A DNA stretch of 61,323 bases from NCBI GenBank assembly GCA_032718475.1, contig JAUCBJ010002117.1:1-61323 (forward strand), given 5' to 3'. This document shows, in pieces, positions 51,526 to 61,323 of this stretch (within the stretch, counting starts at the first letter, position 1; each line of letters begins with the position of its first letter). Source of the stretch: Nemertoderma westbladi. Taxonomy: Eukaryota > Animalia > Xenacoelomorpha. The notes under the pieces are model-generated. The model did not search any database. It worked only from the letters and a program-made list of their open reading frames with translations, and was not told the DNA's origin. A program made the translations under genes and the position numbers.

Positions 51526-52773
51526 TTAGAGTACAGGGGTCTCTAGCACAGGAGTGGCTTTGGGAACGACAGGCCTAATTATTTCAGGCTCATCAACTAT
51601 GGTAGGGAGTCTTTTGACCTTAATAATTTGGTCTGTGGGTTCTGTACTACCTAAGTCTGTGCTAGCTAGTTGTCTTCTAACCGCTGGGGGCAAATCAGGC
51701 AATTTGTGACGGTAAGATGTTTTTCTACGCCTGCTTAGACGAGATCTATTTCCTCCGCCTTCAGGATCTGTAGTCTCGCCTTCTTCCGATGATGTGTATT
51801 CTTGGCGTTTGGGAGTAGATTGACTCATCATCTGCATTTGACTAGCAGTTAACTGTTTATTTATGCAGTCTTGCGTCTCTTGCAGATTTTCCAACTCCAG
51901 TTGGGTAGTCTCCTCAGACGCTCTCAGTTCTGCTTCTGCCACCGCTGCCTTTCTTTCTGCTTCTGCAGCTGCCGCTGCCTTTGCTGCTTCTGCTTCTGCC
52001 GCTGCCGCTGCCTTTGCTGCTTCTGCTTCTGCCGCCGTTACTGCTGCTGCCTTTCGGTCCTCTATCCGTTTTTTCTTTATTTGTTCTTCTTGGACTCTAA
52101 CGAGGCGGAGTTTTTCATCAAATTTAGCTTGGTTTGCAGCTAACATTTCCGCATCGATTGCGTCCAACACAAGCTTGGTTCCTTCACTATTAGGGCGAAG
52201 TCCAGACAGTCGTCTCCTCAACTCTTCGTCTCCTATGAATCGCTGATAGTCTGACAGATAGATGTCAATGGCGTCTCTAGTTCGCGGTTTCTCTGCTGCT
52301 GTTAATTCGCTTTCCACTTCGCTTTCCACTTCGCTTTCCACTTCGCTTTCCACTTGAGAAGAAGTGGCGTCGGTTGATTCTTCATAGGTTGGCCGTTCAT
52401 CATAAACCGTATCCGCCATCTTCGCTCTGCGTTCGGGCGTCCGCTCAACAGTATCCGAACTACTGGAGCTATCGGGCTGCTGAGAACTAGGTTCTTGGCT
52501 AGGATGTTGCTGCTGTTTGATAGCTGCTTCTTGATCCCGCTTGACTTGGGCCCGAGTGCCGATGATAGACCTACGCTGTTCTACTAGCCTAGGGTCTGAC
52601 ACTACTACTGTAGGGATGGCCTTTCTTACAATAGTAGGTGACTTAGACTTGGATCTAGGATGTTCTATACTTGGATCTTGGTCACAGATCCTTTTAATAC
52701 GCTGTCTAAGTCTAATACTCATTCTAACACTTTCTAAGAGACTATCTGACAGTGATTTGGTTGCGTCTGACAT
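51526..52773 (-). CDS. 415-aa N-terminal extension of Gag (coiled-coil, Ala/Glu-rich), separated from the main ORF by a +1 frameshift
   Basis: ATG at 52773; ESEV and AAAAEAEAAK repeats; the downstream frame is open from ~51542, overlapping the TAA at 51528-51526. Confidence 0.65.
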   Translation of the reverse strand: MSDATKSLSDSLLESVRMSIRLRQRIKRICDQDPSIEHPRSKSKSPTIVRKAIPTVVVSDPRLVEQRRSIIGTRAQVKRDQEAAIKQQQHPSQEPSSQQPDSSSSSDTVERTPERRAKMADTVYDERPTYEESTDATSSQVESEVESEVESEVESELTAAEKPRTRDAIDIYLSDYQRFIGDEELRRRLSGLRPNSEGTKLVLDAIDAEMLAANQAKFDEKLRLVRVQEEQIKKKRIEDRKAAAVTAAEAEAAKAAAAAEAEAAKAAAAAEAERKAAVAEAELRASEETTQLELENLQETQDCINKQLTASQMQMMSQSTPKRQEYTSSEEGETTDPEGGGNRSRLSRRRKTSYRHKLPDLPPAVRRQLASTDLGSTEPTDQIIKVKRLPTIVDEPEIIRPVVPKATPVLETPVL

Positions 52774-54144
52774 GTTTGTTTACACAGTTGAATGCCAGAA
52801 ATAAATACAGTTAAAGTAAGTCTAGTAATTCAGTATCACTGTTAGCCTAATAATTAATTACCGATACTGCTACTCAGTGTAGCGTGATATATATATAATA
52901 TATTAGAATACCGGTATGCTTATAGTATATATATAAGTATTATTACAGACTAGATTTGTCACAGAGTACCGGTATATAAATTTAGCACAAATATATATAA
53001 ATATATAATAGGCCTATCGTGAATACCGGTATACAGCTGACACTTATAGTATATATAAGTATAATTATTACAGACTAGAATTAATTACAGAGTACCGGTA
53101 TGATTTCAGCCTAAATTTATAGAATAAATATAATAAGCCTATTGTAAATACCGGTATGTCAATTATTTTAAAATAATTGAATTTCTGAATGTTAGGGGTT
53201 ACTTGGTTACTTTACTTACTTTATTACCGTTATTTGAGCAGCAGTCGAACTGATATTAAGACCTAAGTGTTGTATAACAGGCCTACTATTTTATTAATAG
53301 ATTTAGTGGATTTATATGTACCCGTATGAGGGGTTTTGTTACAATATTGAAATAGATGTTACTATTTCTGGGAAGTAATCACTACACAAAAGCTGTGCGC
53401 TCTCAGTGAAGTGCTACTCATTAGACACTAAAACAGATAATTCTACTTCCTAAGTTACTTATCTACGAATTACTTACGATACGGGTGAGATTAAATCTCT
53501 AATTAAACTCAACAAATTACAAAAAACACAAATACGAAATTTTAGGGTAATTTTACAAGGAACTACAAACCAGTCTAACAGAGTGTTAGATTTTCTGGTT
53601 ATTACATCGGACAGGATACTACGGTATTTGAAAATAATAAGTAGTAGTAAATATATTGCACTGTCCAGATAGGAAAATACCACCGCCTGACGACCTATAG
53701 CCATATCGCTATAGGTACTACGTTATGTATCACGGAGTGTTCCTACCTGGAAGTTAATTACCGCGGACTACCAGATCCAACGTGCCTATTAACCACTTTA
53801 CAACACAAATATACTGCCTACACACTAATTACTTCGGAAAGCACTGTACACTAAACCCTAAATTAGGTACAAGTACTGATACAACAAATAATCAGTAGTT
53901 AAATATACTTGAACAGTTAAAAGAACCACGGCATCTGCTGGAGTGACCGAAGCACAAAGTCACCAGTCTTTTCCTACGCCAAGCAGCCCGTGTAGTACCG
54001 GGGTTAATTTAACTATAACGGTATGTGTAACAAGCACAATTACTGTAGGAATAAACTTGGGGACATGAATGTTGCGAATAATCGCATAAACTCTGAATAA
54101 TAAATATTACGCTACCTGTACAGAATACTCAAACAAATACAAAC

Positions 54145-54670
54145 CAAACGCTGGCAGACTACCACCAAGCCTAAATAAACTACAGTATGTGCAGATTCCA
54201 AAATGGTTAGTTAGTATGCGTTCTAACACGGTAGTACGACTTATTCTTTAAGAGGGGATTGACCTTACAGCTATGGCTGCCCCAACTTACTAACTGGCAC
54301 TTTATCAGACAAACTCTACACACGCAGCAATCTCTTCAGACCTAATAATAGCTAGACAACAATCCAGCCTACAAAATATCTGAGTAATAACTATTACGGT
54401 ACCTGAACAGACCACACAAACAAACACAGGCCAAAACGCTGGCAGAATACTGTCAAGCCTAAATAAACTACAGTATGTGCAGATTCCAAAATGGTTAGTT
54501 AGTATGCGTTCTAACACGGTAGTACGACTTATTCTTTAAGAGGGGATTGACCTTACAGCTATGGCTGCCCCAACTTACTAACTGGCACTCTATCGGACAA
54601 ACTCTACACACGCCGTAATCTCTCCAAACCCAACAACAATCTAACAACAGTCCGGCCTACAATTATCTGA
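54145..54670. repeat. ~288-bp tandem duplication in the 5' leader of the LTR element (also three ~39-bp repeats at 54843-54970)
   Basis: gattccaaaatggttagttagtatgcgttctaacacgg at 54194 and 54482; gaagtaccggtt...cagttgggcctacggacctaca x3. Confidence 0.85.
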
Positions 54671-55034
54671 ACAATCTGAGCAGACTTACACGTCTTCAGC
54701 TCAATATTAACTTACATGTAAATAAAACCGACAGAAATAAGTAAAATCTCAATAAAAAACCAGGGCTGCAGTCCCTGATTAAATACTAAGACCTACCGGT
54801 ATACAATAATCAAAATCGAATAATACTAATGTACTTATACTGGAAGTACCGGTTAGGACAGTTGGGCCTACGGACCTACAGAAGTACCGGTTCTGACAGT
54901 TGGGCCTACGGACCTACAGCAGTACCGGTTCTGGCAGTTGGGCCTACTGACCTACAGAAGTACCGGTTCAGGTTTACCGGTCGACCAGTACTTTCAATTT
55001 TATTGCTTACTGCAATAAAGACAATAACTGTTAT

Positions 55035-56289
55035 TGTACGCGCTTTTGAAGACCTTTAGCAGTTTAACCTGCCAAAATTTATATGTCTTTTGGTTTATAA
55101 ATAGACTTTAGAAGTTGACAAATATTTAATACCAATAAACACAACATTAGCAGAAGCCAGCCTAGTGCGCGTCCATTCACCCACTGGATATACCCGGGAG
55201 ACTGGATTCTGAGGGCTTAGATTATTATTGCAGTGTAAGCTTACTGTATTATTCGATTGATTGTTAATAAATAATTTCTGACTAATATTATTCACTTTCG
55301 GGAAATATTAACAGTTCCTTTAGGACGTGGCGCTCTATCTAGGTAAACAGAGATATGACTTATACTAATCACAACGGTAAGTCGGTGAGGCTTATGATTC
55401 ACGTATGAGGCGCATTCTTTAGGAAATGCTTAGTTATCAGTCACAATCAGGCACACTACCGGTAACACACAATACTGCTCACTAATTTGCCGACCGTCAA
55501 TGAATTTTATCATATATAAAGAGAACAGCAACGGACTCATGTAGTGCTTATCAAATAGCATTAAATTCACTACAAACCACAATAATATAAGTCGCAATCG
55601 CTATATATAACCCGTCTCTCTAACCTGTAGTGTATCAAGAAAATTGGGAAATTTGGGTTCTTTATAGATGTTATCCAAATAATATTCAACCAACTGATAC
55701 AAAATATGACAACAGCAAACAGCAGCACAACAATGTATGTTGAACCGATAATGCAAGACTGAACGGAGTTGCACCGATAACAGTTATACGCTCTATAATT
55801 TAAGCCTACTAATGTTTCTTCTAAAGTATGAAAACGAATTGACTCTAGAGCCGGTGTTCCTGGCCTAGATAGAAACAACACAACAGTAACAAGAAAAACA
55901 GTAAGACTGAACACTCCTAGCATGATCTGCCAAAATATCTCCACATCGACAGAAAAAATCGCTCTGATTGGCTGTTAAGCTAAACAAAGAACCATGTGTC
56001 CAATGGCCGTTTCCATGTCAGCAACCAGCTGTTAGATGTCGTAAGCTGAATCATCAAGGCTAAGCTGTGCCAGGGTATTTGGTGCATTGCGGGTTTTTTG
56101 CCTTACCATGTCCGCCAAAGCACACATATAGAAGAATGACGTTTATGTCCGTTAAAACACCTATAACGGTACCTTGCGGGCGAGGGGGATATATATATAG
56201 TTAGAGAGCTTTTTAGAGTATTCCAGCGCCTGGGGGGAAACTGGATTGCAAAGCAAAAGGGCCAGTTATATCCCACAGAAGCTTTTACA
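55035..56289 (-). repeat. 5' LTR (U5 end may extend to ~54989)
   Basis: Direct repeat of 44235-45492; minus strand starts TGTAAAAGC; AATAAA then TGG PBS-like motif lie just inside. Confidence 0.9.
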
Positions 56290-56850
56290 GGAGGGTCGAC
56301 GACTTCCAGTACCTTGGACTATGGATAGAGAGTAGCAAAAAGGACATAGAAGTTAGGAAAGCAAAGGCTTGGGTAGCTCTATCAAAAATGGATACCATCT
56401 GGAAATCAGATCTCTCCAGGCACCTGGAGACTAAGTTCTTTCGAGCCACAGTGGAAAGTGTATTTTTATACGGGGGTGAGACCTGGACACTGACTAAATC
56501 ACTTGAACAACGAATTGATGGTTGCTACACAAGACTACTAAGGGCAGCCCTAAACATCAGCTGGAGACAACACATAACAAACGCCGAGCTTTATGGTACA
56601 ATACCACCTGTATCAACCACCCTCCGTGACCGCAGATTAAGATTCAGTGGGCACTGCTGGCGAATACCAGATCTACTTTTCTGGCAACCAACTCATGGAA
56701 AGCGTGGTCGTGGACGACCTGCCATAACATATATAGATCAACTTGAAAGGGATACTGAACTTGGGAGAAACGAAATTGCGACAACTATGGAGAATCGGGA
56801 AGCCTGGAAGGATCTCATTTCCACTGTCCGAGTTCGCTCGACCTAGTAGT
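56290..56850 (+). mobile_element. RTE-type LINE 3' fragment abutting the LTR
   Basis: RVDDFQYLG..., IWKS, FFRATVESVFLYGGETWTLT, IDGCYTRLLRAALNISW, RRLRFSGHCWR, WQPTHGKRGRGRP. Confidence 0.9.
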
Positions 56851-57000
56851 TGAATAATTTTCAATAAAAAGCAATAAGTGTTTCTATTTATTTATAATAT
56901 AAAATTCATGTATATCTCTGTAGCACTGACTCTAGGTAGTTGTAAAAGCAAAACCCGAACCTATACTTTTTACTTTATTATTCATTTTGTTATTGGCAAT

Positions 57001-57961
57001 AATAGGGTTGGTGGGCGAAAAATTGTTGGTCTAGAAACATTCGAATAAGGGGTAACAAGGTGCCCTGAATCGAGTGGCGGAGTGTGTTGTTTGTAAAAAC
57101 GAAACGGTCGAAATGGCGGGTTTAAGTAAGCCCGGGGAGGACATTTTGAAATTCGGCTGTGATTGGCTGCTACATATTTGACGTCATTACGCAGTGCTAT
57201 GATAATTTCTTATATTGTTTTCTATGGAGGGTGATTTTCGATCGATTTAAATTCACATTAAATCTCACTGACCGAAGCAACAATACAGCAATATGCCTAC
57301 TCCAAGGACTACTATACTACTATATATATATATATACTATACCATAACATCAAAATATACTTTAATGTAATTTTTTATATACTATACCATATATACTATA
57401 CTATATAGTATACTATACTATATAGTATACAGTACTATATACTATACCATATACTATACTACTACTACTGTACTAGTATAGTAGTCCTTGGCCTACTCCG
57501 ATAATGCAATGCAATAGGTGGTTAGGGCTGAGTTGGTGAGTGCTTGCGTACGGGGTCAGGCAATCTACCAAGTTTGCAAAATTGCAAACAGTATTTTATA
57601 AATGTTCATGATCATGAATTTAAGTGATTGTAATGTTAAAAGACGCGCAAGACTCTCCGCTTTCAATTGATATAAGCCACGTGTAAAATGATTGAGATAA
57701 AATGTGTATTTAAATCGATCGAAAATCACCCTCCATAGAAACCAATATAAGAAATTATCATAGCACTGCGTAATGACGTCAAATATGTAGCAGCCAATCA
57801 CAGCCGAATTTCAAAATGTCCTCCCCGGGCTTACTTAAACCCTCAATTTCGACCGTTTCCTCGTGTTTTTACAAAAAACACACCCGCCACTCGATTCAGG
57901 GCACTTTGTTACCTCTTATATTATTTCTAGCCCAACTATTTTTTCGCGGACCAACCCTATT
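57001..57961. mobile_element. Foldback/MITE-like element with ~260-bp TIRs and a central (TATAC)n-like tract
   Basis: aatagggttggt...atcgatttaaattcacatt (57001-57260) inverted at 57700-57961 (...accaaccctatt); mirrored ORFs 57159+/57801-. Superfamily and TSD not resolved. Confidence 0.85.
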
Positions 57962-58167
57962 GTACATTTTTTTACAATTTTACAAATTTTAACCTGCAGG
58001 GCAAAATAATTCAGATATAGCGAATCCCGATATTTTGCCATCGGGATCCCGTTGCAACACTACTTTAGTTTATTGTTGTGGTTAGAACAAAGTGCCACTG
58101 TCACTTGCTCCTTTCCCTTAATTGATATTAACATTGAGTCGAGATATTAATTCACAGGATCTGCGTC

Positions 58168-59570
58168 AAGTCCCCACCCCCTGTCTCCAAGTCCCTACCC
58201 CCAGTCTCCAAGTCCCCATCCCCTGTCTCCAAGTCCCACCCCTGTCTCAAAGTCCCTACCTCCTGTCTCCAAGTCCCACCCTTGTCTCCAAGTCCCACCC
58301 CCTGTCTCCAAGTCCACATCCCCTGTCTCCAAGTCCCCACCCCCTGTCTCCAAGTCCCCACCCCCTGTCTCCAAGTCCCCATCCCCTGTCTCCAAGTCCC
58401 CACCCCCTGTCTCAAAGTCCCCACCCCCTGTCTCCAAGTCCCTACCCCCTGTCTCCAAGTCCCACCCCTGTCTCAAAGTCCCTACCTCCTGTCTCCAAGT
58501 CCTACCCTTGTCTCCAAGTCCAACCCCCTGTCTCCAAGTCCACATCCCCTGTCTCCAAGTACCCACCCCCTGTCTCCAAGTCCCCACCCCCTGTCTCCAA
58601 GTCCCACCCCTGTCTCAAAGTCCCTACCTCCTGTCTCCAAGTCCCACCCTTGTCTCCAAGTCCCACCCCCTGTCTCCAAGTCCACATCCCCTGTCTCCAA
58701 GTCCCTACCCCCTGTCTCCAAGTCCCCACCCCCTGTCTCCAAGTCCCCACCCCCTGTCTCCAAGTCCCCACCCCATGTCTCCAAGTCCCTACCCCCTGTC
58801 TCCAAGTCCCCATCGCCTGTCTCCAAGTCCCACCCCTGTCTCAAAGTCCCTACCTCCTGTCTCCAAGTCCCACCCTTGTCTCCAAGTCCCACCCCCTGTC
58901 TCCAAGTCCACATCCCCTGTCTCCAAGTCCCCACCCCCTGTCTCCAAGTCCCCACCCCCTGTCTCCAAGTCCCCATCCCCTGTCTCCAAGTCCCCACCCC
59001 CTGTCTCCAAGTCCCCACCCCCTGTCTCCAAGTCCCCATCCCCTGTCTCCAAGTCCCCACCCCCTGTCTCCAAGTCCCCACCCCCTGTCTCCAAGTCCCT
59101 ACCCTATGTCTCCAAGTCCTTACTCCCTGTCTCCAAGTCCCACACATTCTCAAAATCCCACCCCCTGTCTCCAAGTCCCCATCCCCTGTCTCCAAGTCCC
59201 CACCCCCTGTCTCCAAGTCCCCACCCCTGTCTCCAAATCCCAACCCCATATCTCCAAGTCCCTACCCCCTGTCTCCAAGTCCCCATCCCATGTCTCCATG
59301 TCCCTACCCCTGTCTCCAAGTCCCTACCCCCTGTCTCCAAGTCCCCATCCCATGTATCCATGTCCCTACCCCTGTCTCCAAGTCCCTACCCCCCTGTCTC
59401 CAAGTCCCCACCCCGTCTCCAAGTCCCCACCCCCTGCCTCCAAGTCCCCACCCCCTGTCTCCAAGTCCCCACCCCCTGTCTCCAAGTCCCCACCCCCTGT
59501 CTACATCCCCACCCCCTGTCCCCACCCCCTGTCTCCAAGTCCCCACCCCCTGTCTCCAAGTCCCCTACAA
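58168..59570. repeat. 21-bp C-rich minisatellite (20-22 bp variants)
   Basis: Unit ctgtctccaagtccccacccc. Confidence 0.95.
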
Positions 59571-60169
59571 CCTCTATCTTGGGTATCCCCCATTATCTTG
59601 GATGTTGTTCTTCCTCGATTCTGGGTAATCTTAGACGTTAATCGTGGATGAATTGGTTTCTATGAACCCTGCGCGACCCAGTAAACCTTTTGTAAGGCTA
59701 TAAATTATAGGAGTCGTGTCATTCAAGAATAAAATAATACACATTCTAAGACCTCGCGCAAGCACCATTTATAATTATAATAATTAATATTATTAGATTC
59801 ATTGTAACAAATTGATACATCAAAGCACCAAATATTTATATAACATGTTGCCCAACTACTAATACAGGGAAAAACCAAATAAACAATACTAAAACACTTT
59901 GAAAACAACCGATATGGAAGTGATTCAACTTGCCAAAAGTGGAATAATTACGTTAGGAAACAGCCAGAAACTGTACCGATTGAACTTGAATTCGAAATGC
60001 ACACTGCAGTGCTTTTAGAAAAATATTAAAAAAATTAGATAAAAAAGTCAATAAATAATCATCTGGTGTTGAAACGAAGAACCGTGAGATGAATTAAACA
60101 TTGAGTATGGAGTCCCAGTATCAACAATACCATAAAACATTACCCAACTAACTAATATAAATTCCGACA

Positions 60170-61231
60170 TTAACTGATTGCGCCAGAACCGGTAAGAGTG
60201 GCCGACAGGAATTCCCGGTAGACGCGGAAATATGTCTCATCGGGGAAGACGCTAATCAGTTTGGAGCAGAAAGTTAGTAGATTCTGGTAGCGTTGCTGGG
60301 CGGTGAATCGCAGAGCGTAATGGAGTTTAGCGTGACAGACCGGGCAGAGTGTTATAGGCTGGTCTAACATACCGGAGACTGTGTCACTGGAGTTCATAAC
60401 ACAGCGGAAGTACACGCAATGCGCCAAGCCAAACACGTGACAGACCTCGTGCACTGCGCTCTTCATTAGTCTGTAAATGGCGAGGGAATCAAGGCGATAC
60501 GTACTGTTGCCATGGGAACCCGGTTCGAAGGATTTCGGTTCGCATTTCCCGAAGCAAAGAACCGCGGCGAAATGGGTGACGGAAGCCTGGCCTAGGATAA
60601 AGTTCTCCTGCTCGCTGGGGTACAAATCGGTCCAAGAGAGACCAAGAGTGACCACGGAGTCAGAGGGAGACCGTCTCCTAAGCAACGGGAAGAAGTCAGA
60701 AACGAAAGCCTGACGGGAACCGGTCAGCTTGTGAATCCGGGTCCGACACTTTACTGAGTCCAAAGAAACCTCCGGGAGCAGATTAACAGGGAGACAGAAG
60801 AATAAACTAAGGTATTCCTGCAGCAGGGAAAATAATTCTGGGATGTTAGTTTTAGTTGTTGGGTCTAATTCGTTGCTAGGGAACGGACCAACCGGCTGGA
60901 TGTATATCGATTTACTCTGGGCTCGTTTCCAGCCGCCTTTACGTAGTATCTCTAGACTCATTATGGATCGCCATTGCGTCCTTGTCTGCTGGTCCCGCGG
61001 TAAGCTAGCCCCAGCTATCGTTTCGAAGAGATCGCAGACTGTCTGACTGCACACTGCTGGGTCGCATTCTCTACGGTAAACCTTGTGAGCCGCCCCGACT
61101 ACCAGAGCGAGGGTGGGGTCCGTGCTGTAGAGCTCACCGCGCCAATGACTCGATACCAGTTTGTGTAGCTGGGGGTCCGGACATTCTTTAGATCCAGTAA
61201 ACCACGCTAATATTTCACTAATTAACTTCAT
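60170..61231 (-). CDS. AMZ2-like: Archaemetzincin (peptidase M54) zinc metalloprotease, 353 aa, uninterrupted ORF
   Basis: HEVCHVFGLAHCVYFRCVMN...LCPVC (HExxHxxGxxH-C-x4-C-x-M...CxxC); also IYIQPVG, DLYP..NFILGQAS, RY..L..F motifs of eukaryotic AMZ1/2. Confidence 0.92.
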   Translation of the reverse strand: MKLISEILAWFTGSKECPDPQLHKLVSSHWRGELYSTDPTLALVVGAAHKVYRRECDPAVCSQTVCDLFETIAGASLPRDQQTRTQWRSIMSLEILRKGGWKRAQSKSIYIQPVGPFPSNELDPTTKTNIPELFSLLQEYLSLFFCLPVNLLPEVSLDSVKCRTRIHKLTGSRQAFVSDFFPLLRRRSPSDSVVTLGLSWTDLYPSEQENFILGQASVTHFAAVLCFGKCEPKSFEPGSHGNSTYRLDSLAIYRLMKSAVHEVCHVFGLAHCVYFRCVMNSSDTVSGMLDQPITLCPVCHAKLHYALRFTAQQRYQNLLTFCSKLISVFPDETYFRVYREFLSATLTGSGAIS

Positions 61232-61323
61232 TCTGTCATTACCGGTACAAAAGACAGTAAGCTGATCAGGTCTTCTTTAGCCATTATCATTCAGCCACTA
61301 TTACTTACTGCTGTACTGGCTTC

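Larger units (their letters stand above)
44235..56289 (-). mobile_element. BEL/Pao LTR retrotransposon, internally deleted (non-autonomous), ~12 kb
   Basis: ~1.26-kb direct repeats with TG...CA ends; BEL/Pao gag and protease; candidate PBS TGGTCGACCGG (~54988, minus) and purine tract GGGAGCGG next to the 3' LTR; no TSD found. Confidence 0.9.

Noticed and set aside
58122-59651. Extensin-like Pro/Ser-rich ORFs (SPSPHPL, VSKSPPP)
   Set aside because: Open in all frames because the 21-bp unit lacks stops; frequent 1-bp slips; no signal peptide.

Overview
Repeat-rich, AT-rich eukaryotic (probably invertebrate animal) DNA; the organism cannot be identified from the sequence alone. Host genes: (1) six + strand exons, read by eye with consistent splice phases (3308-3401, 4308-4424, 5087-5193, 9316-9406, 9636-9767, 38478-38638), encoding the C-terminal part of a single-pass membrane protein ending in a PDZ-type motif (-SSV); (2) an uninterrupted archaemetzincin ORF (60170-61231, -). 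Most of the rest is six unrelated minisatellites (42, 72/16, 59, 39, 42 and 21 bp units; they explain nearly all long ORF-track hits), RTE-type LINE fragments, several MITEs and an internally deleted BEL/Pao LTR element with a decayed zinc-knuckle accessory gene. Best lead: a 3.8 kb non-autonomous Maverick/Polinton-like element (28296-32106; AGTAGT termini, ~770 bp TIRs, 5/6-matching 6-bp TSD) carrying an intact intronless homologue of the piRNA cofactor GTSF1/Asterix, an inverted partial copy of it and a C2H2/acidic ORF. Second lead: the first 42-bp array is an amplified exon-end plus splice donor, giving about 79 in-frame GTAAGT donors. All family calls come from motif recognition; no searches were run.
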